Shown: positions 1-12,844 of the stretch, in pieces
Numbering within the stretch: position 1 is the first letter of the stretch
Layout: every line of letters starts with the position of its first letter
From: Massalongia carnosa
Lineage: Eukaryota
Reading direction: 5' to 3'
Length of the DNA stretch: 64,000 nucleotides
Assembly: GCA_965645245.1 (NCBI GenBank)
Contig: OZ287075.1
Span: 1,054,001-1,118,000, forward strand
Notes under the pieces: model-generated
What the model saw: the letters and a program-made list of their open reading frames with translations, nothing else
Told to the model about the DNA's origin: nothing
Databases searched by the model: none
Made by a program: the position numbers and the translations under genes

Positions 1-96
1 TCAGACGGTCAAATCGAGCAGTGCAAAGAAAAAGCACCACAAGTGGTCCTCAACCAGACTGCGGGACGAGGCTCATTCCAACTATCCAAAAAGAGG

Positions 97-1813
97 TCAC
101 TCCCAAGGCAAGCCATGGTTTTCAAGATATCCATCCTGGTGCTCTACATCTTCCTCCAGTGCAACCTTTATTTCCTGCTTGTCCTCCTCTTCTTTCACCT
201 TCCGATTCGAAAACAAGCCGGAAGCCCTCTCACCCAATAGCCTCTGCCCATCCAAAAGCTCCTCAAACTTTTGTGGGGTCTCCTCATTGCCCTCTCTCTC
301 CTCTTCTGTCGCCCTTAATCCCGAAAGCAGGCCGAAAACCCCCTCAGCCAATAACTTCTGCCCTTCCAGAAGCTCCAAGAACTTTTCGGTTTCTGCGCGC
401 ATGAACTCGGAGAATCGTTGTGCCAATTGCGCTATGATCCATTCTCTTATTTTATCATCTCCCTCCGCGTCTCCATGCTCAAAGATTAAATTAACAACTC
501 CCAAAATCTCGTCTATGGAGCTTCTCAAGTGCGGCCCCAGTGCCCTAAGCTTCTTACCAGCCAGAAGCTGAAGGTCCAACAGGTCCAATTTGGCTCCTAT
601 ACAATAAACAATGCCGCAGCGTAGGGTTTCGACTCGGATTTCATCATCTGTAGCGGTATTCTCAAGATAGGCGTACGCGGTATCTCCATTCATAAGGTTT
701 GGGGTATATTCCCCCCGTTCCAAATATTCGGCTACAGCAGCAAAGTCCACGGAATTGATCTTGGAGAGGACCGGGTCCATTACATAGTAACCCTCGGTGA
801 CCGTAAAGCTCCTTTTGCTCTGAAGGAATGCACTGGCATGTATTGATGCAAAAGGAACCTCGAAACGACAGTGCGGGTTGCCGACGTAGATGCCGACGAT
901 TTTAGGTCTTTGCAACAACTCTGATCAGCTTTAAATTGGTATGGGGATGAAAAAACTTACTCGTCAAGGATACGTGAGCGACCGATTCTCGCAGGGGTCA
1001 TTAGACGGGTAGAGAAGCGTTCCATTGAATCTAGTCTGTTGCTTCTCGTCATCCGTGCTGGATTTCAAGTGGAGCGACGGTAACCATCATCCCGGTATAG
1101 CGCCTTTGGCTTAGGTGGCGACATGGCCTGCATAACTTCTCGCTTTGTTTTCTTCCTAACAGAATCTTTTTTAGCAGCCAACAAACCGTCTTGGTCATCA
1201 TCCTTGTCGTCCAGTCGGTCCCTTTTCAGTCCCGGAGGAGACTGGAACTGCAGTCTAATCTGGAGCGCTCTCGTCTCAGATCGATCCTCCGGATGCCTCT
1301 CTTCACTTTCAAGCGCTACTGCAAACAGTTTGTCCTTCCAATAAGCTAGGTCGTTTCGTCTAAACTGTTCGAGTAATTCTTGATACGCCTTGCGTAGAAC
1401 ATCATCTTTGGTCTTATGCTGGTTCGTCTCTGCCACTGGAATACTAATAGGCTGGAGACACTTTCATGAAACCCAGCAGCTACAGTCATGTTAGCAGATG
1501 ACGAAGAAAAGCTAATGCTTTTGCCAATGCATCCGCATAAAACTTACGGTTTCGTTGTGCCAAGACAGATGGCCGGAAGCTGTCTCCACTGACTCAAAAC
1601 GCCCGAGATCTCATATCCAATCTTCAAATCGCCGCGTTGAGCACTGACTGATCTTGTATTATCGCCGAAATATTGTCGTACCATCTCCTCATCGCAGATG
1701 ACAACAGGCCATGGCTCATTACCATCCTGTTTTACCAACCAATACTCACCAGGTGTTACAATAGATTGAGCTCGTCCTGTATTATTTTTCACCGAAGGCA
1801 TGACAGGACCCAT
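97..1813 (-). pseudogene. PWWP-domain plus BTB/POZ-like protein, three exons (1813-1548, 1479-961, 907-97), interrupted by two in-frame TGA codons
   Basis: Exon 1 has GEYWLVKQDGNEPWPVVICDEEM, a fungal PWWP-like motif. GTAAGT donors lie at 1547 and 960, with branch/acceptors GCTAAC..TAG (1480) and CTGAT..AAG (908); all phases join in frame (532 codons). Exon 3 begins PKIVGIYVG and contains FAAVAEYLERGEY and VYCIGAKLDLLDLQ, typical of fungal BTB-like proteins. TGA codons at 1466-1464 and 1067-1065. Confidence 0.65.
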
Positions 1814-3338
1814 TATTCAAAACGATCTGGTAAGTTATTTGAACCAAATTATTGAATAAACTATGAAATACTACTGAGCAAGATCTGTTGAAGAGATTTG
1901 CACAGCCTCGAATCACTTGGTGAAACTATGATTGTTGCAGCGAAGAATATTCTTAGGATAAGTCAACGTTAAGGCTCAATCAAGTATCATATAAGAGTAG
2001 TATATTGAGATCCACAAGAGAGATAGTATGTGCTCTTGGTCCAACAAGATCTTGATTCTGTCTTTAGGATTCGTTATAAATTTAACACCAGAGGAGGTGG
2101 GGAGGAAAGGATATTTATCTTGAATGAAGTAGCTTGTGATCAATAGCGAAGGAGAAGAATACAAGAATCAGATGCGACAGAGTTGAAGTATGGTAAAAGC
2201 AATGAACAATAGTAATCTAAGTCGATCAATGGCTGCCGAATAGACCTTTTAAAAATCCGGTGGCGCAAAATACTAGCTATTGTAACATGTGAATGAATGC
2301 CTACTAAATTTGGCGGGATTCGTTTCATGACCGATGAATGAGGGTTTCAGCCCAAATTAGTGGCGATCGCACACCCCATTCAATACGATCTTGGGTTTCG
2401 AGAATAGGTCTAGAATAGCGGTTTGAATGGAACCAGGTGGACCGTTCATAGCCACTAGGGACCGAGTTCCGGAAAAGTGTCGGGCATCAGAACAACAAGA
2501 TTGAAATGTTTAAGAATAGTGGAGATAAAGCATCCCGTTAAATAGAGATTGAGTTATCTATTGTCAAGTCTGTAAATGAGCAAGCCCGCAAATAGAACTT
2601 CGGTTTATGTAGCAGAAAGTAAAAAAAGACAATTCGGGATCCTCTACGCTGTTGATAAATATCATCAACTAGACACAAGCCATGACGTTCCCCACGTTCG
2701 ATTCCTAGACATCTCATATTGTTGATAGGGAGCTGAACTGATGAATAGTAAGGTTTTGGTTGCCCCATGAGTCTCAGAAAAACAGGAAAGCACGAAGCGC
2801 TAGAACGGAGACCAATAAGGAAATGGCTTCAATAACTTGGGTAACAGCTATGAGAGGTATAAAAAAAAACCAATGTTCTTTCCAAAAATGGCGCAAAGCG
2901 AAAGGCCGAGACCTTAGAAAGCGTTTTTCTGTCAGGAGAAGGTTATTCGAAAAAGATGGAGAACTGGACGGAAATATCCCCCGGAGTCCAGTCAAGGTGC
3001 AGATCGTTTGGTAAAGCGATCCAGAAGCATCATGCACATCTAAAGTAGTCGATAAACCCAGCAGGCCTCGATTAAATCCTAAAATAAAACTCCTTACACC
3101 AATTCCTGACTGTTGCAACCAACCTAGATATCTATCTAACCGTCATGAAGCAGTCAAGAAATTTGGATTTGAGGCTTTCGTGGGAAGTTTCAAGTGAAGC
3201 GCGTCAGCCTTACAAGGCGAACATTTTCTCAATTCCCGTAACGTCGCATCTTGCTCCATACCTCTAGCTTACACACGCCTCCCAAACACCAACCATTTCC
3301 CTCGTTCCACCTCCAAATAACTAAGAGTATAATAAAAA

Positions 3339-4019
3339 ATGTTTTCCCCCCTCACCACCCTCCAACCCCGCCAACTCCTCACCCAAGTACTTAACTTCGC
3401 CCTCGTCCTCTCTACCGCCTTCATGTTGTGGAAAGGTCTGTCCGTCGCGACCGATTCGCCCTCGCCCATCGTAGTAGTACTGTCTGGGAGCATGGAGCCA
3501 GCGTTTCAGCGGGGGGACCTGCTGTTTCTGTGGAATCGCGGGAGGGAGACGAAGGTGGGGGAGGTGGTGGTGTATAATGTTAAGGGGAAGGATATTCCGA
3601 TTGTGCATCGGGTTGTGAGGAGGTTTGGGGGGGGGTGAGTGATATTTCATCATTAAAAGGGGGATAGTTTTCTGAGAGTAAAGGGACGTTGGGGGAGGGG
3701 GGGGCCGAGGGGAGGAAGAGGGGCAAGAGGATGTGGAAATGGGAACGAGAATGGGAGCGAGAGCTGACATGTTTTGGGCGAATTGAATAGGGATACGCCC
3801 TTACGACTACTTACAAAAGGCGACAACAACCTCGCGGACGACACGGAGCTATATGCCAAGGGACAGGATTACTTGACGCGATCGGAAGATATCATCGGGA
3901 GCGTGGTGGGCTATGTGCCGTTTGTGGGCTATGTAACGATTTTGCTGTCCGAGCATCCGTGGCTTAAGAAGGTGCTATTGGGGATGATGGGGGTCATGGT
4001 GGTTTTGCAGAGAGAGTGA
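3339..4019 (+). CDS. SEC11: Signal peptidase complex catalytic subunit (S26B), two exons 3339-3634 and 3791-4019
   Basis: Motifs [32 protein letters not shown] and [10 protein letters not shown]. The GTGAGT...GCTGAC...TAG intron restores the frame. Confidence 0.96.
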
Positions 4020-5600
4020 CTGCGACGCGGTAGCGGGAAAAGACATTGGAATTTAAAACACTGGTTACAACATCAATTAACTTATCCAATTCTACAGATA
4101 AGAGTTCCAGTAAAAGCCCGAAGAAAAGCTCATGTTTTTGTTGCAAGGGCCCAGACAAACCTCGCGCTTATTCCTTTGGCTAATGTCATTGAAAAACTGA
4201 TATTTGCTAACTCCGATCTTGAAGTGCTGATTGCTTAAATTCTAATTAAGCCATTGAAAAACCAACGTTTTGATACGTAGGCCCCTTCATTCCAGAGTCT
4301 CTGCCACCGCATGCAAAATAATCCCGACAATTTCCCTACAGTACATGTATAATTAACGTCGCTTTCGTTCGGAAGATCAGAGAACTGTCAGTGGAAAGTA
4401 GGTTACTGCCGAAGCCTAGCCGCTCGTCTATCTAATCAATGGATCCAGCATAAGATCTGCCTTGAGAATGTCTACCTGGGCTCACAACTGTTCTATCCGA
4501 AGTGACAGGAGAGGGAGAACCGGTTGTATCGGGTTGAAAGATCTCCACCCCTCGTCGAGCTCCAAGCAAGCAGATGGCAACTGCTCCGGCCACTATGTTC
4601 GGAGCTCTACTAAGAGCAATCTGGTAGGCCGGATCGTGGGTATGCTTTGAAAGTAATGCTTACAAGTACTTGCGCCTACTATTATCTCGAAAAGTGAGTA
4701 TTGATGCAGCCAAACCGTCTTGAAATAACAGCGTTGCTGTAAGCCTAGATGGTAGTAACGCACGCCTAACGGGCAGAACTGAAGTATAACCTCAGCATAC
4801 ATAATATTCATCATATGTCTACCAAATTTCTGAAGAGAGTTTGCAACCCCAAGGAGAGCGCAAAAGGGTCGGGCGAATGTGCTCGAACAATGCCGAGGCA
4901 TGGAATCCGGACCTGCCTACGTTGTACAGGATCAAGGGGGTTTTCGTAAATATTGGCTGTTGAAGACCTTTGATTTTGGGAGTAGAAGAGTTTAGCGGTC
5001 TAACAGTATAACTTTCTAGGATTAGATATCGATAGATTATATTTCTAAGTTCAGGGCATTTCGGTTTGTTAGCATTTGCATGGACTGAGCTATCGATTCG
5101 TTGGGGAAAAAGGGTGTTTTCTTGGATTAGGAGTCGTCGTATCGGAACAATTGGGAAATGATAATGTTTCTTGGTAGGAAAGCTGAGCTAGGAAGACATT
5201 CAAGCTTGAGAGAAATATTGAATGGAAAAAGCAAAAGTAACAACCTCCTGGATCACCTTACCTTGAAAGAAATCAGTACGAGAAACCCCTTACTCAAATA
5301 TCTTGAACAAATACTTGTATCTTGCGCTTAAAAAATCGGTCACCGTCTCAGGAGAGAATAGAGACCTCTAAGGGTTGCTGGAGAGAGGTGATGAGGCAAT
5401 CTGTGGCTTGGCAGTAGGGGAGGATAGCCTGGCGCGATCTATAACAAAAGTCAACAAGCTGGAGCCTTATAGACGGTCTGTACCGGCTGAACGTCGGCTT
5501 GATGAAGCTGCCATAGAGATCTTCGACTTGGTGATCGGCTCTGAGGAACCAGCAAATGTTCATTGGCTAACAGATCAATTAACACCCATACAACATGTCC

Positions 5601-6020
5601 CTAGTCTAGGTGTAGATTCCTACTCTGATACGCAATGGCTTGCTCTCTCCGTAGCCGGCGCTCTCGGAAAAAAATAAATAGCGACGCTGGTATTCCGAGG
5701 GCGAGCGGAGCGCCAACCCCAACGCCAATACCAGCCTTGACGGTGCTTTGGGGGGGGCAAGTTGACTTTTTACTAGATTTTGAGGTGAGACTCGGGTTAG
5801 GGTCTCCCATTGTTGAATTTTTAGTATTAGCGGGACTGGTGCTTGTGGCGGAACCTATGATGGATTTGGAAAATTGAGTGAACGAGGGCTTCGCGGTGGA
5901 GATAGAGCTCGGCCTGATGGAACTTAAGTTAACGATCCGGAAGTCTGCGAGAGAGCCGGCTGGAAGATAGAACGTTTCGTGCTTGTCATCGGTGCACCGC
6001 AACGAATTGTTATAACCCAT
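5601..6020 (-). pseudogene. Fragment of a Ser/Thr-rich single-pass membrane protein (probable gene relic)
   Basis: S/T-rich stalk followed by KAGIGVGVGAPLALGIPASLFIFFRERR (TM helix plus basic stop-transfer). No signal peptide or convincing 5' exons. Confidence 0.4.
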
Positions 6021-7233
6021 GAAAATAGACCGGAACTACCGAGTAGTCATTTCCGGAATATATAGATGACGCTGGTCAATCTCTCAATCTTCCTTTTATA
6101 TATTTTATATCTATCTTCTATCTATCTTTATCCCTTTTGCTTGTACGCAGACTCCCATGTTAAGCAATCCGGCTTGACATCAGCTTTTGGATTTACTAAT
6201 AACAGTGATCTTATACTGTTAATAAAAGATATCTTGTCGGGATAGTACTGGAGTCTAATGTAGTACTCTGTACCCTGTACTAGTACTCTGTACGGAATAC
6301 CTACTTGTGTTTATGCCCTTTTGCACCAGCGCTAAAATCAAAATACATATCGAGTAAATCATCAAATTGTCTGAAACCTTCAATAGCACCAATTCACATA
6401 GTTGTATATTCAATTACATTTATTCTTGATAATGAAATTCTCTTTCGTTATCATAATCATTGTCGCAACTAATTCTGATTTATGATTAGGGGTAACAACG
6501 CAGAGAGGACCGTCACAGGGACAGGACTGAGGACTAATCAAAATCGCGAATCGATTGATCCTACTGAAATCAATTCGTACCCCGAAAACTACGTTCTTTC
6601 ACTCTCGTCGGAAATAACCATGGCAGGCTGACTCAATGTTGTTCTAGAATAAAACAAGCGCGTGGACTTGCAGAATAACCCAAACTGCGATAGCATAATA
6701 TGATCTTGAGTCATGCTTGATGTGCGTATTTTATGCACGTGCGCCTGTATATCATAGAAATAGTATCGACAGCTTAACAAAATAACTATTTGATAGCTGA
6801 AAGAACCTAGCTGTCCGATGGAGGATTCACTTTGCATATGGATGAGAATATCTCCACAGAAGCTATATACATGCAGGATGCAGCTCTTGCTCCCCAATCT
6901 ATGTAGCTTTGCCGTAAGGCAGAGTGCTATTTTTAGCTTATCCATCACTCTCTACACTCACGAACATATAACTGCGATGGATCTACCTTGGTTGACTTGT
7001 CAATTCTAAGGAACGTTGAACTTGTTCTGCCGCTAGGACGGAATCCAAGGTCCAAATGGTTTAAGATGCAGGCGTTGACCTGCTGGAGGGATGTTTATAG
7101 ACCCACCCATCCAGATAATTTAACATATGGCCTGAGAATATATACTGTGATCATATATAAAATAACTCCAGGGAAAGGTATATATTACAGTCCGCCGTTT
7201 TCGTTGATGTCGCGTGAATGGCAATCATCACAC

Positions 7234-8187
7234 TTAACTCCTGTATGTTCGAATAGCTGTGATTACTATCTTCCGAACGGCAACGACCACTGCAAGCAAA
7301 AATACTCCATAGGCAACAAGCGAAGGCATCGTCCATTCAGAAGCCGATGTCCAACTCGTAGAGACTTGGCTTTTGTGACGGCTTGGCTGGTTCTGCGAGA
7401 AACCTGGCAAGGGCGCTTTGATCCAACCCTTGTCGCCGGCGGCAAGGATGGCTTCGTACCAAGCCGATGCGATCAACCCATATCCAGCATCATTTGGGTG
7501 AATCCCATCAGTGGCATTAATATGATTTGTGGTGACTCTGCGCAGGTCAACCTGGGCAACTTGTTTGCCTAAATCCGTAAACGCTGCCACAACGCCTGGG
7601 ATCGCCGAGTTGTAGGCAAGTCTTCTTGCTTCTCTACCAGGATCCAGTAAGGGCGTCAGGGTTGCGACCAGCACGGCAGCATCAGGACATGCAGTCACAA
7701 TTTGATTGATTAGGTTGCTCAAGGCAGAATGCGCATCATCAAGATTGACATTGAGAACTACATCATTCGTTCCGGCCATTAATAGCACGACGTTGGGTCG
7801 CTCAGGATAGTCGGGTTTGCCAGTGTTACCAATCGGACCGATCGGATATCCCCGATGACCCTCATTGTCATTGTCCGCCATTGTGCCAGATTTCACCCGG
7901 CCGATGTAGTCCAAATGGTTTCCCGGAATAAGCATGTTATATAGCGCCAATCGGTAGCCGTTTCCGTCATGGCTACCTTCGCCGTAAGTAATGGAGTCGC
8001 CCAAAGGTAAAATTCGCAGATCCACACCACTGGCGACTGGATGGTTTGATTGTACAGGACTGGATACTGTAGCCAGATCAGTAGATATAGATTGGTGCGG
8101 GACTTGTAGCTTACAACAAGTAATGCTAAAATATGTTAAGGATAATAATATGATGAGAACACAGTGATGGTAGTTGACGGGAAACAT
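7234..8187 (-). CDS. Secreted or membrane-anchored SGNH hydrolase (carbohydrate esterase family 3-like)
   Basis: Blocks LRILPLGDSITYG, DNEGHRG, LLMAGTND and DGIHPNDAGY. Hydrophobic N-terminal signal and C-terminal hydrophobic helix; single 317-aa ORF. Confidence 0.9.
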   Translation of the reverse strand: MFPVNYHHCVLIILLSLTYFSITCCKLQVPHQSISTDLATVSSPVQSNHPVASGVDLRILPLGDSITYGEGSHDGNGYRLALYNMLIPGNHLDYIGRVKSGTMADNDNEGHRGYPIGPIGNTGKPDYPERPNVVLLMAGTNDVVLNVNLDDAHSALSNLINQIVTACPDAAVLVATLTPLLDPGREARRLAYNSAIPGVVAAFTDLGKQVAQVDLRRVTTNHINATDGIHPNDAGYGLIASAWYEAILAAGDKGWIKAPLPGFSQNQPSRHKSQVSTSWTSASEWTMPSLVAYGVFLLAVVVAVRKIVITAIRTYRS

Positions 8188-9113
8188 GATAATACTTGCT
8201 ATCCAACATACACAGGAAGTTTGGTATTGTGGCCAGGAATGAGGATTCCATAATCGAAACTGAAGAGATCTCGAGTGGCGTGAGCTGGTTAGAATCTGAT
8301 TTGTTGTTCATGCCAAGGGAAGTAAGAATAGGAGATGAACTTACCAATCAAATGACTAGCTCTCATCCCAGGCACCCTTCACCAGGAATAAAGTTTTTCC
8401 GCATGTAAAATGAGAGGGCTTGCGGAAGCAAGGAGCTATTCATAACATACGCTATTACAAAGTACTCTCTATATGTCGTATTTTGAAAAGTTACGTCAAA
8501 CAAACGCTTTGCTTATAGCGCTCAATCTTGTTAAGGTAGTTATCACAGGTACTCCGGAATTATGCGCTAGCTCCGTCCGATGTAGGTTGTCCCCTGTCCC
8601 AACCTGACTCCCTATTGTCGCGACCCTAATAGGTGAATTAGTGATCCTTATGACCAGTTCGCCCAAATTCAAGAAGCCAATCATTCTAGTTTCGTGGCCC
8701 CGGTCGTCTACATATGACACCGTGTTACTCCCTACTCTGTACTCTGTACTCTGTACAATAGTTAACTTTCAGCTCTAGCCTCAGCATCTCAGCATGTTCG
8801 TCAATCACAAAGCACAAACGCCAGCTCTATAGCTGGCTGTCTAGGTAAAAAATATGAAGAAATGTAATACGGTCGACCATCCATGCTCTTCTGGCTACCA
8901 TACTGCATGGGTGACTTTCAGCGATGGATTGATAGAATAAAACCATCATCAAAGTTGCAGGATCAGCATTAGTTCCAACACAAAATCTAAAGGGGCTACC
9001 TACGCGCTCTACCTACCTTGACGGTGCAACCGTCTTGGCTTTGCACACACTGTCTTACCTTATGTTAATATGAAGGCGGTACAAGCTCTCAACTTCTACT
9101 CTTTCTGCTTCTT

Positions 9114-10830
9114 ATGTCACCGCTGTCGGGGATTGAAGCTTACTAGAGCCTCCACAAGCGATTTGAGCGTGGTATTCACTTTATGGGAGGTTTATGCAGT
9201 ATTAAACTAGAAGACGGCTTTAGTAATTCGTTTATCTCAGCATAACCGGGCATCGAGGTCGCGAAGCCGAGAGGACAACCTCTAGACTTTGAAGCCAAGC
9301 AGGTCGTCAAAGATGACCTTGAGACAGATCAAGAGCAGAAGCAAGTCGCCAGCGCTAAGGCTAGTATCGAGGTATCTATGAGCTCGCCGAATTCTACACA
9401 TGATGATTACTTAAAGTTATCCTCCTTAGGAACTTCCTCAACCGATCAAAACCATAGGAGAAGATGGTGCCTAATCGCTAGCTTCGTGACTGTCACCGTT
9501 CTTGTAGTGACTGGTGTTATTATCGGAGTGTTAGTATCAAAGAATAGAAGGTGGATTTTAAGTGTCCCTTTCTAAGCGAGAATATTGAATTACCGGAACA
9601 GCCATGCAGACGCCAATGCAAGCTCTGGCGGATCGATGTCGCTCTCTACCATATCAAGTAGCACCGAATTAGCTCCACCACCTATTACAACAGGCACACT
9701 AGCTGGTGCTCTTAGAGGTACTCGCCTGACTACGTTGGATCCCCGCACAGGAGGAGACATCTATCTATACTATCAACATGCCGATGGAGGTCTCTGCTAC
9801 TTTCTCAAAGCCCAGCACGTATGTAGCAGGGAACTACCAATCTTCATGTCACAGATGCCATGGTTAAAAACCCTCTTGCTGCAGCTAGCACTGTAATTAA
9901 TGGCTCTACATATGTGGGTTTGTCCTTCATACACGGAAATTTAACTAATTGAAGCATAATGGTGGCTTTTCTACGTGGACCCATCCGGCACCATCCAAAG
10001 AATCTAATCTCAACACGACCCTACAACTTGGCACCCAGGATCTATCAGTAGCAATAAATACAAAGTACCCAGGCAAACTGGCATTGCCTTTACGCTCAGC
10101 CGGGGATGGAAGTTCAACAGTAACATAAATGACCTTGATGGTAGGCTAAGTCTTTATGCTTGTGGCACCGATGGTATAACTCATGAATATATCTTCAATG
10201 ACCAAGACGATAGCTGGAGCGAAGGATTTGGTTTTCCCAGCACAAATGGCTTTAGCGGGGCTACTATCTGGTCTGAATCTGGTTCTGCATACCTCTTTGC
10301 ATTAAACAGCGACGGGTCAGTGAAATTTTGTATGCGGGACTACAAAAGTAGCTCTGATGATGTGATAACATGTGGCATCTTGGACCATCCAATCATGATT
10401 CCATCATTCAAAATGGTAGCATGTGTGGGCAGTATGATTTTGCGTTCCAAAGCCCCAGCGGAATGATCCAAGGGAGCAATTTCACCAAGTCACAATACCC
10501 TGCGAGTACGCGATGGGGCACCACGTATGATATCAGTGATCGACCTGCGATCAATGGATCAGCTGTGAGCTGCAGGTACTTCTTTCCGGGGCAACGAACC
10601 TAATGTTTCAGGTTTTCTACCAAGTTGAGGGGAATGGGATCGTCGAAGCACGGCGAAACTTGGAGGTGGACAATACAACGGTGCCAGGTCATTGGAGCCA
10701 TGATGTCTTGCCAATATCATCAAATCTAAAAATTATATATACATACCTATGCTCTTTAGTCCTTTGGTGCTCCTTCGGCTTCAGGGTTTGTCACCTCCCT
10801 CCCACCTTGATTATATATAACTTCGCCTAA
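9114..10830 (+). pseudogene. Degenerate type II membrane protein with a fungal fucose-lectin-like beta-propeller ectodomain
   Basis: TM helix WCLIASFVTVTVLVVTGVIIGVLV, then propeller-like blades (IYLYYQHADGGL, WLFYVDPSGTI, LSLYACGTDGITHEY...W, FQVFYQVEGNGIVE...W). Pieces lie in different frames with several internal stops. Boundaries approximate. Confidence 0.6.
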
Positions 10831-11884
10831 GCTACCGGCCACTACTACCCTTAAGATTGAGCTCATATTCATAACATGAGATATACTCTGGATAGGAAGG
10901 TCAACCGCTGGTTTGATGATATACACGGAAGGTCGTCTCCCCCTAAGAACTAGTTTGGAATTAGTTTGGAACCGGTTACCAAATGTCGGCTGTTCAATAA
11001 AACAAAGAAAAACCACCTTAACATGGTTAGCGCAGCAACATGAGCCTTAAACCATTCTTTGGAAGCAACGCTGTCTTGACTCAAATTTTCACATCAAGTG
11101 ATCCTTTACTCTATTGCAAAGAGTTAATCAATCAATCATCTTGACCTAAATATCACTGCAATCAATCAGCGGATAATGAAGCGCTCCCTCACTTCCGAAA
11201 AAAAAACACCTCCCCTGTCAAAGCAGACCATTATACGTGCCCCCACGTTCTCCTCGGCCGGCTCGCAGAGGCTGAGCAGAGTGCAGCTCACGGATAGTTT
11301 GTTTTGGTTTTTATTTTAAAGATTACATTTGTTTTCATCTTTTTCGCAGCTATTTACCTTCATTCTCAAAAACCTGAATTGCCGATTTTTGTATTAATAA
11401 ATCCACGTTATTTGCTGAGACTTATTTTCAAATTGAGCTCATGATAACATCCCCAATAGATCTCATAACGGTGTAATATGTTTATAAATGTTGATTGCGG
11501 AAAGATGAATCAGTGTGAAAATGCAAGAGGCAACACTATTAATATCCATCGTTTTCAATCACATTCAGAACAATCCGACTCAGCTATAGTCCACACCGTT
11601 ATCGTCCCTAAGGAACGAAAACCGGTAGGGAAGCTTAATATGAGTTGTCCCACTTAAATATGACATGGGCGAAAGTGTGAGGGTTTGCCTAGGAGCCATA
11701 AGTAGGGTGGAGAACTAAATACTAATGCACGGAAGTCACATTTAGGTCCGAGAGCAATATCGAACTAGGAAACAAGGAAAAGGTAAGTCGTTGAATTAGA
11801 GAACCAGAGTGCTCTTCCGGTTATGTTGGAATCGGCCTGGGCAGTGAACAAAGTATCTCGTGCGTGCGCCAGTGCATAATGTCT

Positions 11885-12844
11885 CTAACCTGTCTGTTTC
11901 ATATATGGGGCCGGTGGAATGTGTGGACCAGGATCCAGTATATGTTGTGTATACTGTGGAGCATGCTCCGAGGCGATTTGTGGGCTGGAATACGAAACTG
12001 GATACACCTGAACTTCTGGTTGGGTGTTTTCCTCTGGAAAGGCTTTTTCTGCAGGACCAGTCTGGGAAATTGGATCGGCCGCGACAGATCTCTGCTTTCG
12101 CCGCCGAAACCAAACACTAATGGCGGCGATCAAACCCACAAAGAAAGCTACTACGCCGACAACAATGCCTCCGATGGCTTTTGGGGGGAGCTTCAACTTC
12201 TCATACGCGGATTTAGAGCCCGGCTTCGAAGACGACCGATGTGGATGGTCTGAGGAGCTAGCAGGATCAGAGGATGTTGGGGAGTAATAATAATTAGACG
12301 ATGTGGCGATCTCATAAGGGTCCACAGGAGACGGCGTGGCAGTCACGTAAGGATTCTTATAAACTAAGGTTGCAGGAATCGCGGTGGGAGAGTAAGTGAC
12401 GGCAGTGTATTCGAAGGAGGAATATGCATTGGTCCGATAGTAAAAATTGGCCATGCAGATCGACCCCAGAGCATAGCTCCCTTGGCATGACTGCGCTTGT
12501 GTTAACACATATGATGGCAGTTATACGTTATACCGATTTAATGATCAACGAGGGCATGAAGTCAGCAAGAGCTATGTTGTTGATGCCAGGGCAGGTGCCA
12601 TCACCTAGGCTAGGGTCGCAACATTCAAAACCAGATAAGGTAGCAAAAAACCCCAGCCCTAAAAACAAGAACCGGTTCCACAAATTACGCCGTAATTTGA
12701 CTGTCTTCTGAAAATGCTCCAGTTCTTGTTACCAAGCCGACGCTCATTGAGTGATGTCAGCTCAACCCCATTCACAAGGCCGGATTGAGGCAAGAACAGA
12801 TTGACCGAGATCAGAGACGCGAGCCAAAGCCATGATCTTGCCAT
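11885..12844 (-). CDS. Cys-rich secreted/single-pass membrane protein with one apparent frameshift near 12660 (possible pseudogene or homopolymer error)
   Basis: Signal peptide MARSWLWLASLISVNLF, Cys-rich segment (CGTGSC...ECCDP...GTCP), S/T stalk, TM AIGGIVVGVVAFFVGLIAAISVWF followed by RRRK, and a PPAPY tail. Confidence 0.55.

Noticed and set aside
4400..5300. Possible degraded coding relic on the minus strand (similar impression at ~13740-14200)
   Set aside because: Looks vaguely coding but has no assignable family motif; needs BLASTx.
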